Source: the human T2T-CHM13v2.0 reference genome, Homo sapiens
DNA: 64,000 nucleotides
Strand: one strand, 5' to 3'
Assembly: GCF_009914755.1 (NCBI RefSeq)
Contig: NC_060947.1
The notes under the pieces were generated by a model that saw only the letters and a program-made list of their open reading frames with translations, was not told where the DNA came from and did not search any database. Below, piece after piece: positions 14,260-30,609 of this stretch; within the stretch, counting starts at the first letter, position 1, and each line of letters begins with the position of its first letter. The position numbers and the translations under genes were made by a program.

Positions 14260-16690
14260 GATAAAGAAGCATATTATGTCATGCTGATGGTTCAATTCAC
14301 AAGAAGATGTAACTATTCTAAAAATATATGCACCTAACTGCGGAATATCCAGATTTATAAAACAAATACTTCTAGACTTAAGAAAAAAAGAATATAAAAA
14401 AATTTAAAAGAAACAAAAGAATAGAACATACTGAACTAAAGCAATTAGTCAAAATGAAAAAGAAGAGCCATCCAAATTGGAAAAGGGGAAGTCAAATTAT
14501 CTCTGTTCTCTGATAACATGATCTTATACATAGAGGAACGTAAAATTCTTTCAAAAGATTTCTAGTTCTGATAAATGGCTTTAGTAAAGGTTTACGACAC
14601 AAAATTAATGCGCAAAAGTCAGTTTCATTTCTATACACTAACAACTCTCAAGCTGAGAACTAAATTAAGAATTTGTTTTCATTTATAATAACCACAGAAT
14701 AATAACTAGAAATACATTTAATAGAAAAGCTGAAAGCCTTCTGCAAGAACTACAAACAACTGATGAAATAAATTGTAGATGACCCAGACAAATGTTAAAA
14801 TACCCCATGGTATGGGTAGGAAGAATCAATACTGTTAAAATAACTATACTTCCTAAAGCAATGTATAGATTCAAGCAACTCCTGTCAAATTACCAAGGTA
14901 ACTATTTTCAAAATTGGAAAAAAAAAAGTTTCTAAAATACAAAAAAACATATGGAACTTATTAAAAGCCCAAATGGTTAAAGCAATCCTAATCAAATAAG
15001 CCAGAATGTGTCACATTATTTTATTTCAAACTATACTACAAGGCTATAGTAACCAAAACAGCATGGAACTGGTGCACAAATAGACACATAGATCAATGGA
15101 ACAAAATAGACAACTCAGAAATAGAGCCACATAGTTACAGCCAACTGATATTTGACAAAGTTGACAAAAATAAACAATGGAGAAAGAACACCTTATTCAA
15201 CAAAAGGTGCTGGAAAACCTGGCTAGTCATATGCAGAAGGATGAAACTGGAACCCTATTTTTCAACATGTAAAAAATTATCTCAAGATAAATTAAAGACT
15301 TAAACGTAACACCTGAAAATGTAAAAATTCTAAAAGAAAAACTAGAAAAAATCTCTTGTGGACATTGGCCTAGGCAAACAGTTTATGACTGAGACCTCAA
15401 AAGCAAATGCAATGAAAATAAAAATCGACAAACGGAATTTAATTAAATTAAAGAGATTCCGCCCAGCAAAAGAAACAATCAATAGAGTAGACAGACAGCT
15501 TACAGAATGGTGGAAAATATTTGCAAACTACTCATCTGACAAAGGACTAATATCCAGACTCTATAAGGAAGATAATCTAATCAAATGAGAAGAAAACATC
15601 AAATAACACATTAAAAAGTCACAAAGAACATGAACAGACATTTCTCAAAAGAAGCTATACAATAAACCAAAAATCATTTGAAAAAATGCTCAACATCGCT
15701 AATCATCAGTGTATTAGGGTTCTCTAGAGGGACAGGACTAATAGAATAGATGTATATATGAAAGGGAGTTTATTAAAGAGTATTGACTCACACGATCACA
15801 AGGTGAATTCTCACAACAGGCCATCTGCAAGCTGAGGAGCAAGGAAGCCAGCCCGGATCCCAAAACCTCAAAAGTAGGGAAACTGACAGTGCAGCCTTCA
15901 GTCTGTGACTGAAGGCCCGAGAACCCCTGGCAAACCCCTGGTGTAGGTCCAAGAGTCCAAAAGCTGAAGAACGTGGAGTCCAATGTTTAGAGGCAGGAAG
16001 CATCCAGCATGAGAAAAAGATGGAGGCCAGAAGACACAGCTAGTCTAGTCTTTCCACGTTTCCCTGCCTGCTTTTTTCCTAGCCTCACTGGCAGCTAATT
16101 AGATGGGCCCACCCAGATTGAGGGTGGGTCTGCCTCTCCTAGTCTACTGACTCAAATGTTAATCTCCTTTGGCAACACCCTCACAGACACACCCAGGAAA
16201 AATACTTTGCATCCTTCAATCCAATCAAGTTGACACCTAATATTAACCATCACAATCAGATACATGCAACTTAAATCTACAATGAGATAAAATAAAGTTG
16301 ATGTTAATATTTTAAAAAATCTGGTATATGCATACATTGGAATATTATTCAGCTATAAAAAATAATAAAATTGTGTCTTTTGCAGCAACATAGGTGGAAC
16401 TGGAGGCCATTATCTTGGGAGAAACAAGTTAGTCACAGAAAGAAATATTACATATTTTCATTCAAAAGTGGGAACTTAATAATGTATGAACATCAACCTA
16501 GAGAGTGGAATAACAGACCATGGAAACTCAGAAGGGTGAGAGTAAGAGAGGGTGGATAATAATAAATTATACATGGGAACAATGCACATTATTCAAGTGA
16601 TGGATACTCTAAAGCCCTGACTGACCACCACACAAAATATGCATGTAACAAAGTTGCAGGTGTACACCATACATTTATAAAAATACAAAA
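14260..16690 (+). mobile_element. L1PB4/L1MA-type ORF2 pieces and 3' end, interrupted by an MLT2A LTR
   Basis: ORF2 similarity (15358-15588 DIGLGKQFM..) and terminus ATGCATGTAACAAAGTTGCAGGTGTACACC...ATAAAAATACAAAA. Confidence 0.8.
15710..16254 (-). mobile_element. Solo HERV-L LTR, MLT2A (MLT2A2-length)
   Basis: TG...CA termini (TGTATTAG...CCATCACA), 545 bp, perfect 5-bp TSD ATCAG at 15705-15709 and 16255-16259; clear homology to the LTR at 35528. Confidence 0.93.
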
Positions 16691-19730
<3,040 letters not shown>

Positions 19731-20759
19731 CACACACACCACACACACATACACACAAACACATGCACATACACATATATGAGTGGCTGTATTTGTACAC
19801 ATATATGTGAAGCAGCCTTGTTGTCTGGGGTAAATACCAAAGTTCTTGGTCTCACAGCCAAGGAGATCGAGGTCGCAGACACACACACACACACAGAGTG
19901 AGTTTGGAGCAGGAGTTTAATAGACAAAAGGAAAGAACAGCTCTCTGTCACAGAGAGGGGTCCAGAGCGGGTTTATAGGCCGTAGTAAATATGTTAGGGG
20001 TTTTATAAAGGGACTAGTGAGGAGGGGCCTCATGAGGAAGGGATGTCTTATCTTTCTAGGGCCCAACGGTTTAGTTGGAACCAGGTGTGCTATCTGCATA
20101 GAGCAGAGTTTTTTGTTGTTGTTGTTGTTGTTGTTTGTTTGTTTTTTATCAGTTCTTATTCCGTTTGCTGACCACATAGGCAGAATCTTAGTCTGTGCTG
20201 CTTTGTCTTGCTTATCTGGGAGGGAGAGTTTCTGTGTCTGTTCCCAGACATCTTCTTGCAGCTGCAGGCATCCCCCCACACCCACTTTTAGCTTCCCTAT
20301 CTTAGTGTGCCTAAAGGGAAAGGAATGTGCTTACTAAGGCCCACTGTTTTTACCGGTATGAGTGTGAAGTTTGGTGATTACCCAAGAAACTCAAGAAACT
20401 TCCCCCTCTCCTTCTGTACCCAAGCTGTCTTATCTGTGTTTTACAGTCTGCTCTATCAGGCTGCTTGTTGTTAGAGGAGAGGTGATTTCTTTGAACTGCA
20501 TGAGGTTAGAAAGAGAGCTATTTTTGAGCTGCTTTTTGTTAAAAGTAAAGTGGTTTTTTTTTTTGCCAGGGACTTGCTTTACCCTGTCCACCTAAATGAT
20601 TTCTTTCTTCCTCTTATAACATATTTCTCCATTCTGGAATGGAGTCCCTAACTCCTGTTAGGGGGAATTGGGTGACGACTTACTCTGGCTACTTTCTGCT
20701 GGAGAGGGGTGTTGTGTGGGGAATAGCAGCGAGTGCTCCTCCTCGGATTAATTTAAAGG

Positions 20760-21040
20760 TCCCCGGTAAAAGGGTGGTTTCATTTTTGGATCCATTTAGA
20801 GCACCATCTGAAGCTTGATGGTTTCTAGGTGAGAAGGGATAAACTTTACAAGGAGGTTTAGAATATAGGATCCAAATATGAGTATTAAGTCTACCATTAC
20901 TGTTGGGGGCGGGGGGCACTATAGGCCATAACCATGACAACAGAGTTTGGTAGATGCCTGTGAGACATTTAGATGGGTTGTTCTGTTGTAAGTGGGTGTA
21001 TGGGACTTGGCTTTGTTTAGCTTTCTTGGTTTTACTTTCC
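20760..21040 (-). pseudogene. Retroviral env transmembrane/cytoplasmic tail remnant
   Basis: Frameshifted LLSWLWPIVPP...LIFGSYILNLLVKFIPSHLETIKLQMVL, similar to the gamma-type env C-terminus (LFGPCIFNLLVKFVSSRIEAVKLQM). Confidence 0.75.
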
Positions 21041-22987
21041 AAAAAAAAAAAAAAAAAGGAAACATTGGGATTATAGGTTACCTGGCAGGATCTGTAGGAT
21101 AATTGCCCAGAACTAGAACATTGTTTCAGACTTTTACATTACCCATCCTTTTTTGTTTTCTCTGAGCTGCAGCCAGAGATAGCTGGTTGGTTGACAGGAA
21201 TAAGCAGGGTTAGTTTAAAATGTAGGCAAGAATTAAAAACAATTAATGAGATGAGAAGTCAACAGGTGTATAAGTTTTAAAACATAATTTCTCTCTCTCT
21301 CGAGTCCTCATTTTTGTTAAACTTATGATATGATTGAGCTGTTTGCAAAATAAACTTTACTCTTATACTTGGCCTAATTATTTGCATAAAGTGCAGCAAG
21401 AATAACTATTTTTACATAGGCCTTTTAGATTGGCTTTGATGGAACTTTGTTCCACAAGGAATCTCAGATAGGACCTTTTAAATCCCAGCCCAGCTATGGG
21501 TTTGCACCTTTAAATACCTGTGAGTTGGGTAAACTTCTTTCTTTTTGAGGTTCCTGGAGCATGGGGTTTCTAGGCCTGTTAGAAAGTGACATTCTTTACT
21601 CACCACCGGTCAGGAACGCCCCAGGGAGACTGTGTAAACAAGTTATAAGGGCAGTATCCAAGGGGCTTTTATTGGCTTTGCAAATCAAGCTTGATTCCTT
21701 AAAGGGGAACATACCCTTCCAGCTAAAGCCTTGGTAAAACAACTAGGTTTTCCAATTGTTTCTTGTTGCAAAAGAAAATAGATTTTTGTTGCACTGATGC
21801 AAACAACTATATTGTAATTTAAGAATACTTATGACTAGTTTCCAAATTCTAGAAGAACTAGGCAGAGAGAAACAAACATGCTTCAAATCTTATTTACAGT
21901 AGTATACTTTACTTAGTTGTTACAGGCTGTAGCTAGCTTAAGACAAGTTTTCTTGACTCTGAAAAATAAAACAAAGATTAGCAGTGTTCCAAACAAAAGT
22001 TAAAACCTTTTTTTGTTTTCTATTAGTTTAGTCCATTCTAGTGTTTAATTTACAGAAAAAATATATTATTTTGAATTTAGTTAATATGTTTACACACAGA
22101 GTTTCCTTTGCAAGATTAATTTTTACAATCTTTTTACAATTTGCTTAAACCTTTCACTTTATTTTATTTAATTTTAAGACAATTCTTTATTCCTAATTAA
22201 AATGTACATTTTCATGCCTTCTTATAATTTTTACCAATTGTGAAGCAGGCAAGTTGACAGTTTTTAAAGGCTAAAGAAGCAGTTTACAACCTTAAAACAT
22301 TTAGCAAACCTAGTATTTGACCGGCATAATTTAGACCACATCTTTACACCTTGAAGACATTTTTACTTTACCAATTATTCCTAAGACTCTTTTTATTTTA
22401 AAGATTAAAGTCACATAAGCTGAAAGATACCACAGCTTTTAATTTTCCTTTAAAAATATTTTATTTAAGTGCTTATTATTTTAGGCCAATTAACTAGAAC
22501 TCTTTTTAAATAAGCATTACACACATTACACATATATAACCACACAAACAGAAAAAAATACAGTAGTTATGAGATTTTTATTTGCTAAGTTCCCAATTGG
22601 ATTATTTGCCTCTGGGTGAGGCCCTTTAAGAACAGGGTTAGTAATACAATTTCCAGGGCCTAATAAACAAGCATAGCCGGAAGAGAAAGACATATTTTGA
22701 GAGGCACTTATTTACCATTAATTTCAGGGGCTACATGAAGAAAACAGATATTTTTTCCTAAAGTGGAATTTGTGGTACCTTTTCTGTTTTCCTAAGGAGT
22801 CCCAGGCCACCAGAAGACATTCTACGGTCTTTTATGCATGCACCAAGAGTAGCAAGATAGAGTGAAAAGAAAAAAGTAATTTAGTTGACAGAAAAAAAAA
22901 ACTCTTCCAGAAAAACAAGATTTATAAAGAGAAAAACATAAAGGCCTTTTAAATATACCCATAGCTTGGATATCCACTTTCAATTAA

Positions 22988-23230
<243 letters not shown>

Positions 23231-23469
23231 TGAGCACTCTTTAAGAAAACTCTTTTTCATTTAAGAAATTTCTTTTACAATCTGCTCTTTCAGGCTGCTT
23301 GTTGTTAGAGGACAAGTGATTTCTTTGAACTGCATGAGGTTAAAAAGAGTTATTTTTGAGCTGCTTTTGTTAAAAGGAATTTTTTTTGAGAGGGACTTGC
23401 TTTACCCTGTCTACCTAAATAATTTCTTTCTGCCTCCTATAACATATGTTCATATATATAAGTATGTTT

Positions 23470-23726
23470 GTGCATTTGTGTAGATTTAGAAGGTACATGT
23501 GCAGTTTTGTTACATGAATATATTGAATAGTGGTGAGGTCTGGTTTTTTAATGTAGCTATCACTCATGTAGTACACATTGTACCCATTAGGTAATTTCTC
23601 ATTTCTTACCTCTTTCCCACCCTCCCACCATTCTATGTCTAATGTATATTACTCCACACTCTATTTCCATGTGTACACATTATTTAGCTCCCATTTATAA
23701 GTGAAAACATGTCATATTTGAATTTT
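23470..23726 (-). mobile_element. L1PB4-like 3' end, followed by a short sense ORF2 piece (23727-24137)
   Basis: GGTACATGTGCAGTTTTGTTACATG...GCTCCCATTTATAAGTGA, antisense L1 3' UTR. Confidence 0.75.
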
Positions 23727-23771
23727 ATAGATAACCTAGAAATAAAGCCACATAACTCCAGCCAACTGATC

Positions 23772-24103
23772 TTTTCTTTTTTAAGAGACAAGGCCTTATT
23801 CTCTCACCCAAGCTGGAGTGCAGTGGAATGATCATAGCTCACTGCAGCCTTGAATTCCTGGACTTAAGTGATCCTCTTACCTCAGTCTCCCAAGTAGATA
23901 GGACTATAGGCACATGCCATTGTGCGTAGCTAATTTTTTGTTGTATTTTGTTTATTTAGGTATGTATGTATTTATTTATTTATTGTAGACATAAGATCTT
24001 GCTATGTTGCCCAGGTTGGTTTTGAACACCTGGGCTTATGCAATGATCCCACCTTGGCCTCCCAAAGTGCTATAATTACATATATGAGCCACCATGACTT
24101 GAT
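23772..24103 (-). mobile_element. AluJ
   Basis: AluJ-type ATCATAGCTCACTGCAGCCTTGAA; TSD GCCAACT(G/A)ATCTTT at 23761 and 24104. Confidence 0.92.
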
Positions 24104-24334
24104 GCCAACTAATCTTTGACAAAGTTAACAAAAACAACCACTCATATATTAGCAATTGGTTTTCTCAAAAGTTCAAGAACAAATAAGTAGAAAAACATCT
24201 TTTTAACTAATGGTGCTAGAATAATTGGATATTCATATGCAAAAAAATGAACTTCAATTTTTATCCCTCATCAAATACAAAAATGAATTCAATGTAAGTA
24301 ATAAAACTAGATGCAAAATGTAAAACTACCATGT

Positions 24335-25625
24335 GAAAGATGAAATAATCCAGGAGTTGTTTCTATGCAAGAATAAGTAAGACTGATAGACTGCTAGCTA
24401 GACCAATTAAAAAAAAGATGAGCCACAGAAACACAATGAGAAATTACAAAGGAGACATTGTCAATGACCACAAAGAAATAAAAAAATTGTCAGGACTATC
24501 ATGAACACTTCTATGCAAAAAAAAAACTAGAAAACCTAGAATAAATGAATAAATTTCAGGAAACACACAACCCCTCAAAATTGAACCAGGAAGAAATTGA
24601 ATCCCTGAAAATATCAATAATAAGTTCCAAAACTGAATCAGTAATAAACAGCTTACCAACCAGGAAAAGCCCAGGACCAGATGGATTAACAAATTGTACC
24701 ACGTATATGAAGAAGAGCTGGTACCAATTCTACTGCAACTATCCCATAAAATTGAGGAAGAGAGACTCCTCCTTAACTTACTCTATGAGGCCAACATCAT
24801 CCTGATACCAAAACCTGGCAGAGAAACAACAACAAAAAGAAAACTTCAGGACGATATCCTTGAACACAGATGCAAAATCCTAAACAAAATACTAGCAAAC
24901 CAAATCCAACAGCACATCAAAACACTAATCCACCATGATCAAGTAGGATTTATCCTTGGGATGTAAGGTTGGTTCAACAAATGCAAATCAATAAATGTGA
25001 CTCATCATTAACAGAACCAAAAACAAAAAAACACATGATCATCTCAATAAATGCAGAAAATGATTTTGATAAAATTCAACATTCCTTTATCTTAAAATAC
25101 CCTCAATAAACTAGACATTGAAGGAACATGCCGAAAATAATAAGCACCACCTATGAGAAACCCACAATCAACATCATACTGAATGGGCCAAAGCTGGATG
25201 TATTCCCCTTGAAAACTGGGACAAAGATGTCCACTGTCATCAGTTCTATTCAACATAGTACTTGGTGAGCAATCAAGCAAGAGAAAGAAAAAAAAGGCAT
25301 CCAGATAGGAAAAGAAAAAGTCAGATCTGTGCAGTTGATATGATTCAATACCTAGTAAAACCCCATAGTCTCTGCCCAAAACTCCTAGATCTGATGAACA
25401 ACTTCAGTAAAATTTCAGGATAAAAAATAAATGTAAAAAATCAGTCGTATTTCTTTACAACAACAACATTCAAGCTGAGAGCCCAAACAAGAACATGATC
25501 CCATTCACAATAGCCTCAAAAAGAATAAAATACCCCAAAATACAGCTAACCAAAATGGTGAAAGATGACCACAATGATAATTACAAAACAGTGCTGAAAG
25601 AAATCAGATGACACAAACAAACTAG
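24335..25625 (+). mobile_element. Internal L1PA ORF2 fragment with neither 5' nor 3' end
   Basis: ORF track 24545-24966 ([21 protein letters not shown]); stops at GATGACACAAACAA with no tail. Confidence 0.85.
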
Positions 25626-25824
25626 AAAACTATAAATGTTTCTAGCAACTTATTTTCATTTTCCTTTGGGCTACCACCATTCTTTCACTTTTAGTCCTTG
25701 AAGTTTCGATAGGGCTGACCAGGGGGGAAAAAAAAAGAAAGGCAGCATTGGCATAATTCAAGGGTGGAGTTTTTGTCCCTCTGACATAAGGGACATTTGA
25801 TGATGAACATTGATGCGATGACTC

Positions 25825-28800
25825 GCATAGAGGTGTTTATAGTATTCTCTGAGGGTAGTTCGTATGTCTGTGGGATCAGTGGTGATATCCCTTTTATCAT
25901 TTTTTATTGCATCTATTTGATTCTTCTCTCTTTTCTTCTTTAATAATCTGACTAGCAGTCTATATATTTTGTTGATCTTTTCATTGATTTTTTAAAGGGT
26001 TTTTTTTGTGTCTCTGTCTCTTTCGATTCTGCTCTGATCTTAGTTATTTCTTGTCTTCTTCTAGCTTTTGAGTTTGTTTGCTCTTGCTTCTCTAGTTCTT
26101 TGATGTTAGGGTGTTGATTTTAGATCTTTCCTGCTTTCTCTTATGGGCATTTAGTGCTATAAATTTCCCTCTAAACTCTTCTTTAAATGTGTCCCAGAGA
26201 TTCTGGTACGTTGTGTCTTTATTTCTGCCTTAATTTCGTTATTTACCCAGCAGTCATTCAGGAGCAGGTTGTTCAGTTTCCATGTAGTTGTACGGTTTTG
26301 AATGAGTTTCTTAATCCTGAGTTCTAATTTGATTGCACTGTGGTCTGAGAGACAGTTTGTTATGATTTCCATTCTTTTGCATTTGCTGAGGAGTGTCTTA
26401 CTTTCAATTATGTGGTCAATTTTAGAATAACTGCATTGAGGTGCTGAGAAGAATGTATATTTTGTCGACTTGTGGTGGAGAGCTCTGTAGATGTCTACTA
26501 GGTCTGCTTGGTCCAGAGCTGAGTTCAAGTCCTGAATATCCTTGTTAGTTTTCTGTCTCATTGATCTGTCTAATAGTGGCAGTGGGGTGTTAAAGTCTCC
26601 CACTATTATTGTGTGGGAGTCTAAGTCTCTTTGTAGGTCTCTAAGAACTTGCTTTATGAATCTGGGTGCTCCTGTATTGGGTGCATATATATTTAGGATA
26701 GTTAGCTCTTCTTGTTGCATTGATCCCTTTACTATTATATAATGCCCTTCTTTGTCTCTTTTGATTTTTGTTGCTTTAAAGTCTGTTTCATCAGAGACTA
26801 GGATTGCAACCCCTGCTTTTTTTCTCTCTCTCTCCATCAGCTTGGTAACTATTTCTCCATCCCTTCATTTTGAGCTTATGTGTGTCTTTGCACGTGAGAT
26901 GGGTCTTCTAAATGCAGCACACCAATGGGTGTTGACTCTTTACCCAGTTTGCCAGTCTGTCTTTTACTTGGGGGCATTTAGCCCATTTACATCTAAGGTT
27001 AATATTGTTATGTGGGAATTTGATCCTGTCATCATGATGCTAGCTGGTTATTTTGCCCGTTAGTTGATGCAGTTTCTTCATAGTGTTGATGGTCTTTACA
27101 ATACGGTATGTTTTTGCAGTGGCTGGTATTGTTTGTTCTTTTCCATGTTTAGTGCTTCCTTTAGGAGCTCCTGTAAGGCAGGCCTGGTGATGACAAAATC
27201 TCTCAGCATTTGCTTGTCTGTAAAGGATTTTGTTTCTCCTTCACTTATAAAACTTAGTTTGGCTGGATATGAAATTCTGGGTTGAAAATTCTTTTCTTTA
27301 AGAATGTTGAATATTGGCCCCCACTCTTCTGGCTTGTAGGGTTTCTGCTGAGAGATCTCTGTTAGTCTGAGGGGCTTCCCTTTTTGGGTAACCCTACCTT
27401 TTTCTCTGGCTGCCCTTAACATTTTTTCTTTCATTTCAACTTTCATGAATCTGACAATTATGTGTCTTGGGGTTGCTCTTCTCAAGGATAATCTTTGTGG
27501 TGTTCTCTGTACTTCCTGAATTTGAATGTTGGCCTGTCTTGCTAGATTGAGGAAGTTCTCCTGCATAATATCCTGAAGAGTGTTTTCCAACTTGATTCCA
27601 TTCTCCCCGTCACTTTCAGGTACACCAATCAAACGTAGATTTGGTCTTTTCACATAGTCCCATATTTCTTTGAAACTTTGCTCATTCCTTTTCATTCTTT
27701 TTTTTCTAATCCTGTCTTCTCCCTTTATTTCATTAAGTGGATCTTCAGTCTCTGATATCCTTTTGTCTGCTTGATCGATTCAGCTCTTGATACTTGTGTA
27801 TGCTTCACAAAGTTCTCGTGCTGTGTTTTTCAGCTCCATCAGGTTACTTATGTTCTTCTTTAAACTGGTTATTCTAGGTAGCTATTCTTCTAAACTTTTT
27901 TTTCAAGGTTCTTAGCTTCCTTCCTTGCATTGCGTTAGAACATACTCCTTTAGCTCGGAGGAGTTTGTTATTACCCACCTTCTGAAGCCTACTTCTGTCA
28001 ATTCATCAAACTCATTCTCCATCCAGTTTTGTTCCCCTGCTGGCGAGGAGTTGTCATCCTTTGGAGGAGACGAGGTGTTCTGGTTTTTGGATTTTTCAGC
28101 CTTTTTGCACTGGTTTTTCCCCATCATCCTGGATTTATCAACCTTTGGTCTTTGATGTTGGTGACCTTCGGTTGTGGTCTTTGGACGCCATTTTTGTTGA
28201 TGTTGATGCTATCCCTTTCTGTTTGTTAGTTTTCCTTCTAACAGTTAGGCCCCTCTGCTGCAGGTCTGCTGGAGTTTGATGGAGGTCCACTCCAGACCCT
28301 GTTTGCCTGGGTATCACCAGCAGAGGCTGCAGAACAGCAAAAATTGCTGCCTTTTCCTGAAGCTTCATCCCAGAGGGGCACCTGTCAGATGCCAGCTGGA
28401 GCTCTCCTATATGAGGTGTCTGTCAACCCCTACTGGGAGGTGTTTCCCAGTCAGGATACACGGGCATCAGGGCCCCACTTGAGGAGGCAGTCTGACCCTT
28501 AGCAGAGCTCAAATGAATGCTGTGCTGGGAGATCCACTGCTCTCTTCAGAGCCATCAAGCAGGATGTTTAAGTCTGCTGAAGCTGCGCCCACAGCCGCCC
28601 CTTCCCCCAGTTGCTCTGTTCCAGGGAGATGGCGGCTTTATATATAATCCCCTGACTGGGGCTGCTGCCTTTTTTTCAGAAATGCCCTTCCCAGAGAGAA
28701 GGAATCTAGAGAGGCAGTCTGGCCACAGCGTCCTTGCTGAGCTGTGATGGGTTCTGCTCAGTTCAAAATTCCCAGCCGCTTTGTTTACATTGTGAGGGTA

Positions 28801-29427
28801 AAACGGCCTACTCAAGCCTCAGTAATGGTGGAGGCCCCTCCTCCCACCAAGCTCGAGTGTCCCAGGTCAACCTCAGACTGCTGTGCTGGCAGCAAGAGTT
28901 TCAAGCCAGTGGATCTTAGCTTGCTGGGCTCCGTGGGCATGGGACCTGCCGAGCCAGACCACTTGGCTCCCTGGTTTCAGTCCCCTTTCCAGGGCAGTGC
29001 CACTGGGGTATGGAAAAAAAAAACTCCTGCAGCTAGCTTGGTGTCTGCCCAAATGGCTGCCCAGTTTTGTGCTTGAAACCCAGGGCCCTGGTGGTGTAGG
29101 CACCGGAGGGAATCTCCTGGTCTGCAGGTTGTGAAGACCATGAGAAAAGCACAGTATCTGGGCCAGAGTGCATTGTTTTTCATGGCATGGTCCCTCAACG
29201 GCTTCCCTTGGGTAGGGTAGAGAGTTCCCCAACCCCTTGCACTTCCCGGGTGAGGCGACTCCCCACTCTGCTTCGGCTCACCCTCCGTGGGCTGCACCCA
29301 CTGTCCCAAATGAGATGAACCGGGCACCTCAGTTGGAAATGCAGAAATCACCTGCCTTCTGCGTTGATCTCACTGAAAGCTGCAGACTGGAGCTGTTCCT
29401 ATTCAGCCATCTTGCCACCAATTCCCC
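25825..29427 (-). mobile_element. L1PA7/8-like element with 5' UTR, ORF1 and ORF2 endonuclease; 3'-truncated
   Basis: 5' end GGCAAGATGGCTGAATAGGAACAGCTCC; ORF1 pieces 27912-28127 (MGKNQ..) and 27096-27695 (WDYVKRPNLRLIGVPE); endonuclease ORF 26157-26837 ([19 protein letters not shown]). Confidence 0.93.
29406..29414 (-). promoter_or_regulatory. YY1 site of the L1 internal promoter
   Basis: GCCATCTTG on + equals CAAGATGGC at the L1 5' end, the canonical position. Confidence 0.7.
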
Positions 29428-29529
29428 CAAAACACTTAAAAAAAATCAGTATGATAGAATCTTCAAATAAGGAAGCTCTTTATCTTGTTACTTATTACTG
29501 TTCTTTTATAAAATCTTTTGTATAAATTT

Positions 29530-29852
29530 TATGTTTTTTCAACTTTTATTTTATATACTGGGGGACATGTGCAAATTTTTTACATGGAAATACTGTGATG
29601 CTAAGGTTAGGAGTATGGATCCCATCACCAAAGTAGTGAGCATAGTACCCAATAGGTAGTTTTTTAACCCACCACCCCTCTACCATCTAGTAGTCCATAG
29701 TGTCTGTTGTTAGCATGTTTATGTCCATGTATGCTCAATGTTTAACTCCCATTTATAAGTGAGAATATGAGGTATTTGACTTTCTGTCCCTGAATTAATT
29801 TGTTTAGGATTATTGCCTCCAGCTCCATCCATGTTGCTATAAAGGACATGAC
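29530..29852 (-). mobile_element. L1PA15/16-like 3' end
   Basis: TTCAACTTTTATTTTA...GGGACATGTGCA...GCATAGTACCCAATAGGTAG, antisense 3' UTR. Confidence 0.82.
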
Positions 29853-30516
29853 TTAAATTATTTTTACTTAAAAAAAAAAGGAGGTCTGCAGCTCTGAGAC
29901 GAGTGACTTTATAGGAACAAAGGGATAAATAACTTCATATCTAAGGATATTGTTGAAACAACTAAAATCTTGGTAGAGAACAATTAAGAGAAAGCTGGAG
30001 CTTCAGTATACAAATGCAATACCAGAGCTGAGGTGTAATAGGTCCAGGAAAAGAAGCAGCCAAGAAGCACCCTTCTGGCCAATCTTGGAGGATGATAAGA
30101 CTGCCCAGGTGCTACACTGCACTCACTCAGGAAGAATCAGAGCAGGATGTGGGGAAAGCTTGAAAGCATTTCTTAAGCCACACAGAGATTTGCAAGCAGA
30201 ATTTAAATTTCATGGATACAAAAGAATTGTCAGGTCAAAAGAATTAAACACACCTCTAACAAAAGCACTAATTTTGACAATAAGCTACTCTGACCCAGGG
30301 GCTAGAGTACAAGAAAGCCAGCCTAAAAATGAAATTGCATTCATTTCTGACAGTCTGGAAGGCCTTGTATATTCTGAAGGCCAAATCCCCTTAGCAGCAA
30401 TTAGGCAGAAAACCTTCAAGTTGTTCCTGGTTGAATGTAGGAGAAAAAATATGAACCCTCTGAATTCTGATAGCTTCCAAGCCACACAAACATCCAATGA
30501 TAAAGTCTAAATGAAC

Positions 30517-30609
30517 AGGTAAGTTGCAGTGGCTCACAACTGTAATCTCAGCACTTTGGGAGGTGGAGGCAGGTGGATTGCTTGATTCCAGGAGTTTGAG
30601 ACCAGCCTA
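30517..30609 (+). mobile_element. Alu left-arm fragment (AluJ/FLAM-like), fused to HERV-L
   Basis: CAGTGGCTCACAACTGTAATCTCAGCACTTTGGGAGG...GAGACCAGCCT, then an abrupt end. Confidence 0.85.

Noticed and set aside
20689-21042. Domesticated syncytin-like env
   Set aside because: Only a frameshifted transmembrane tail remnant with a stop; the surface subunit and fusion peptide are absent
28029-29470. Cluster of overlapping ORFs on both strands
   Set aside because: Explained by the GC-rich L1PA 5' UTR; I could not confirm an intact ORF0
30085-30510. 141-aa ORF as a novel gene
   Set aside because: Starts at TTG, has no recognisable domain or splice context, and probably lies in an old L1 5' region; this length can arise by chance
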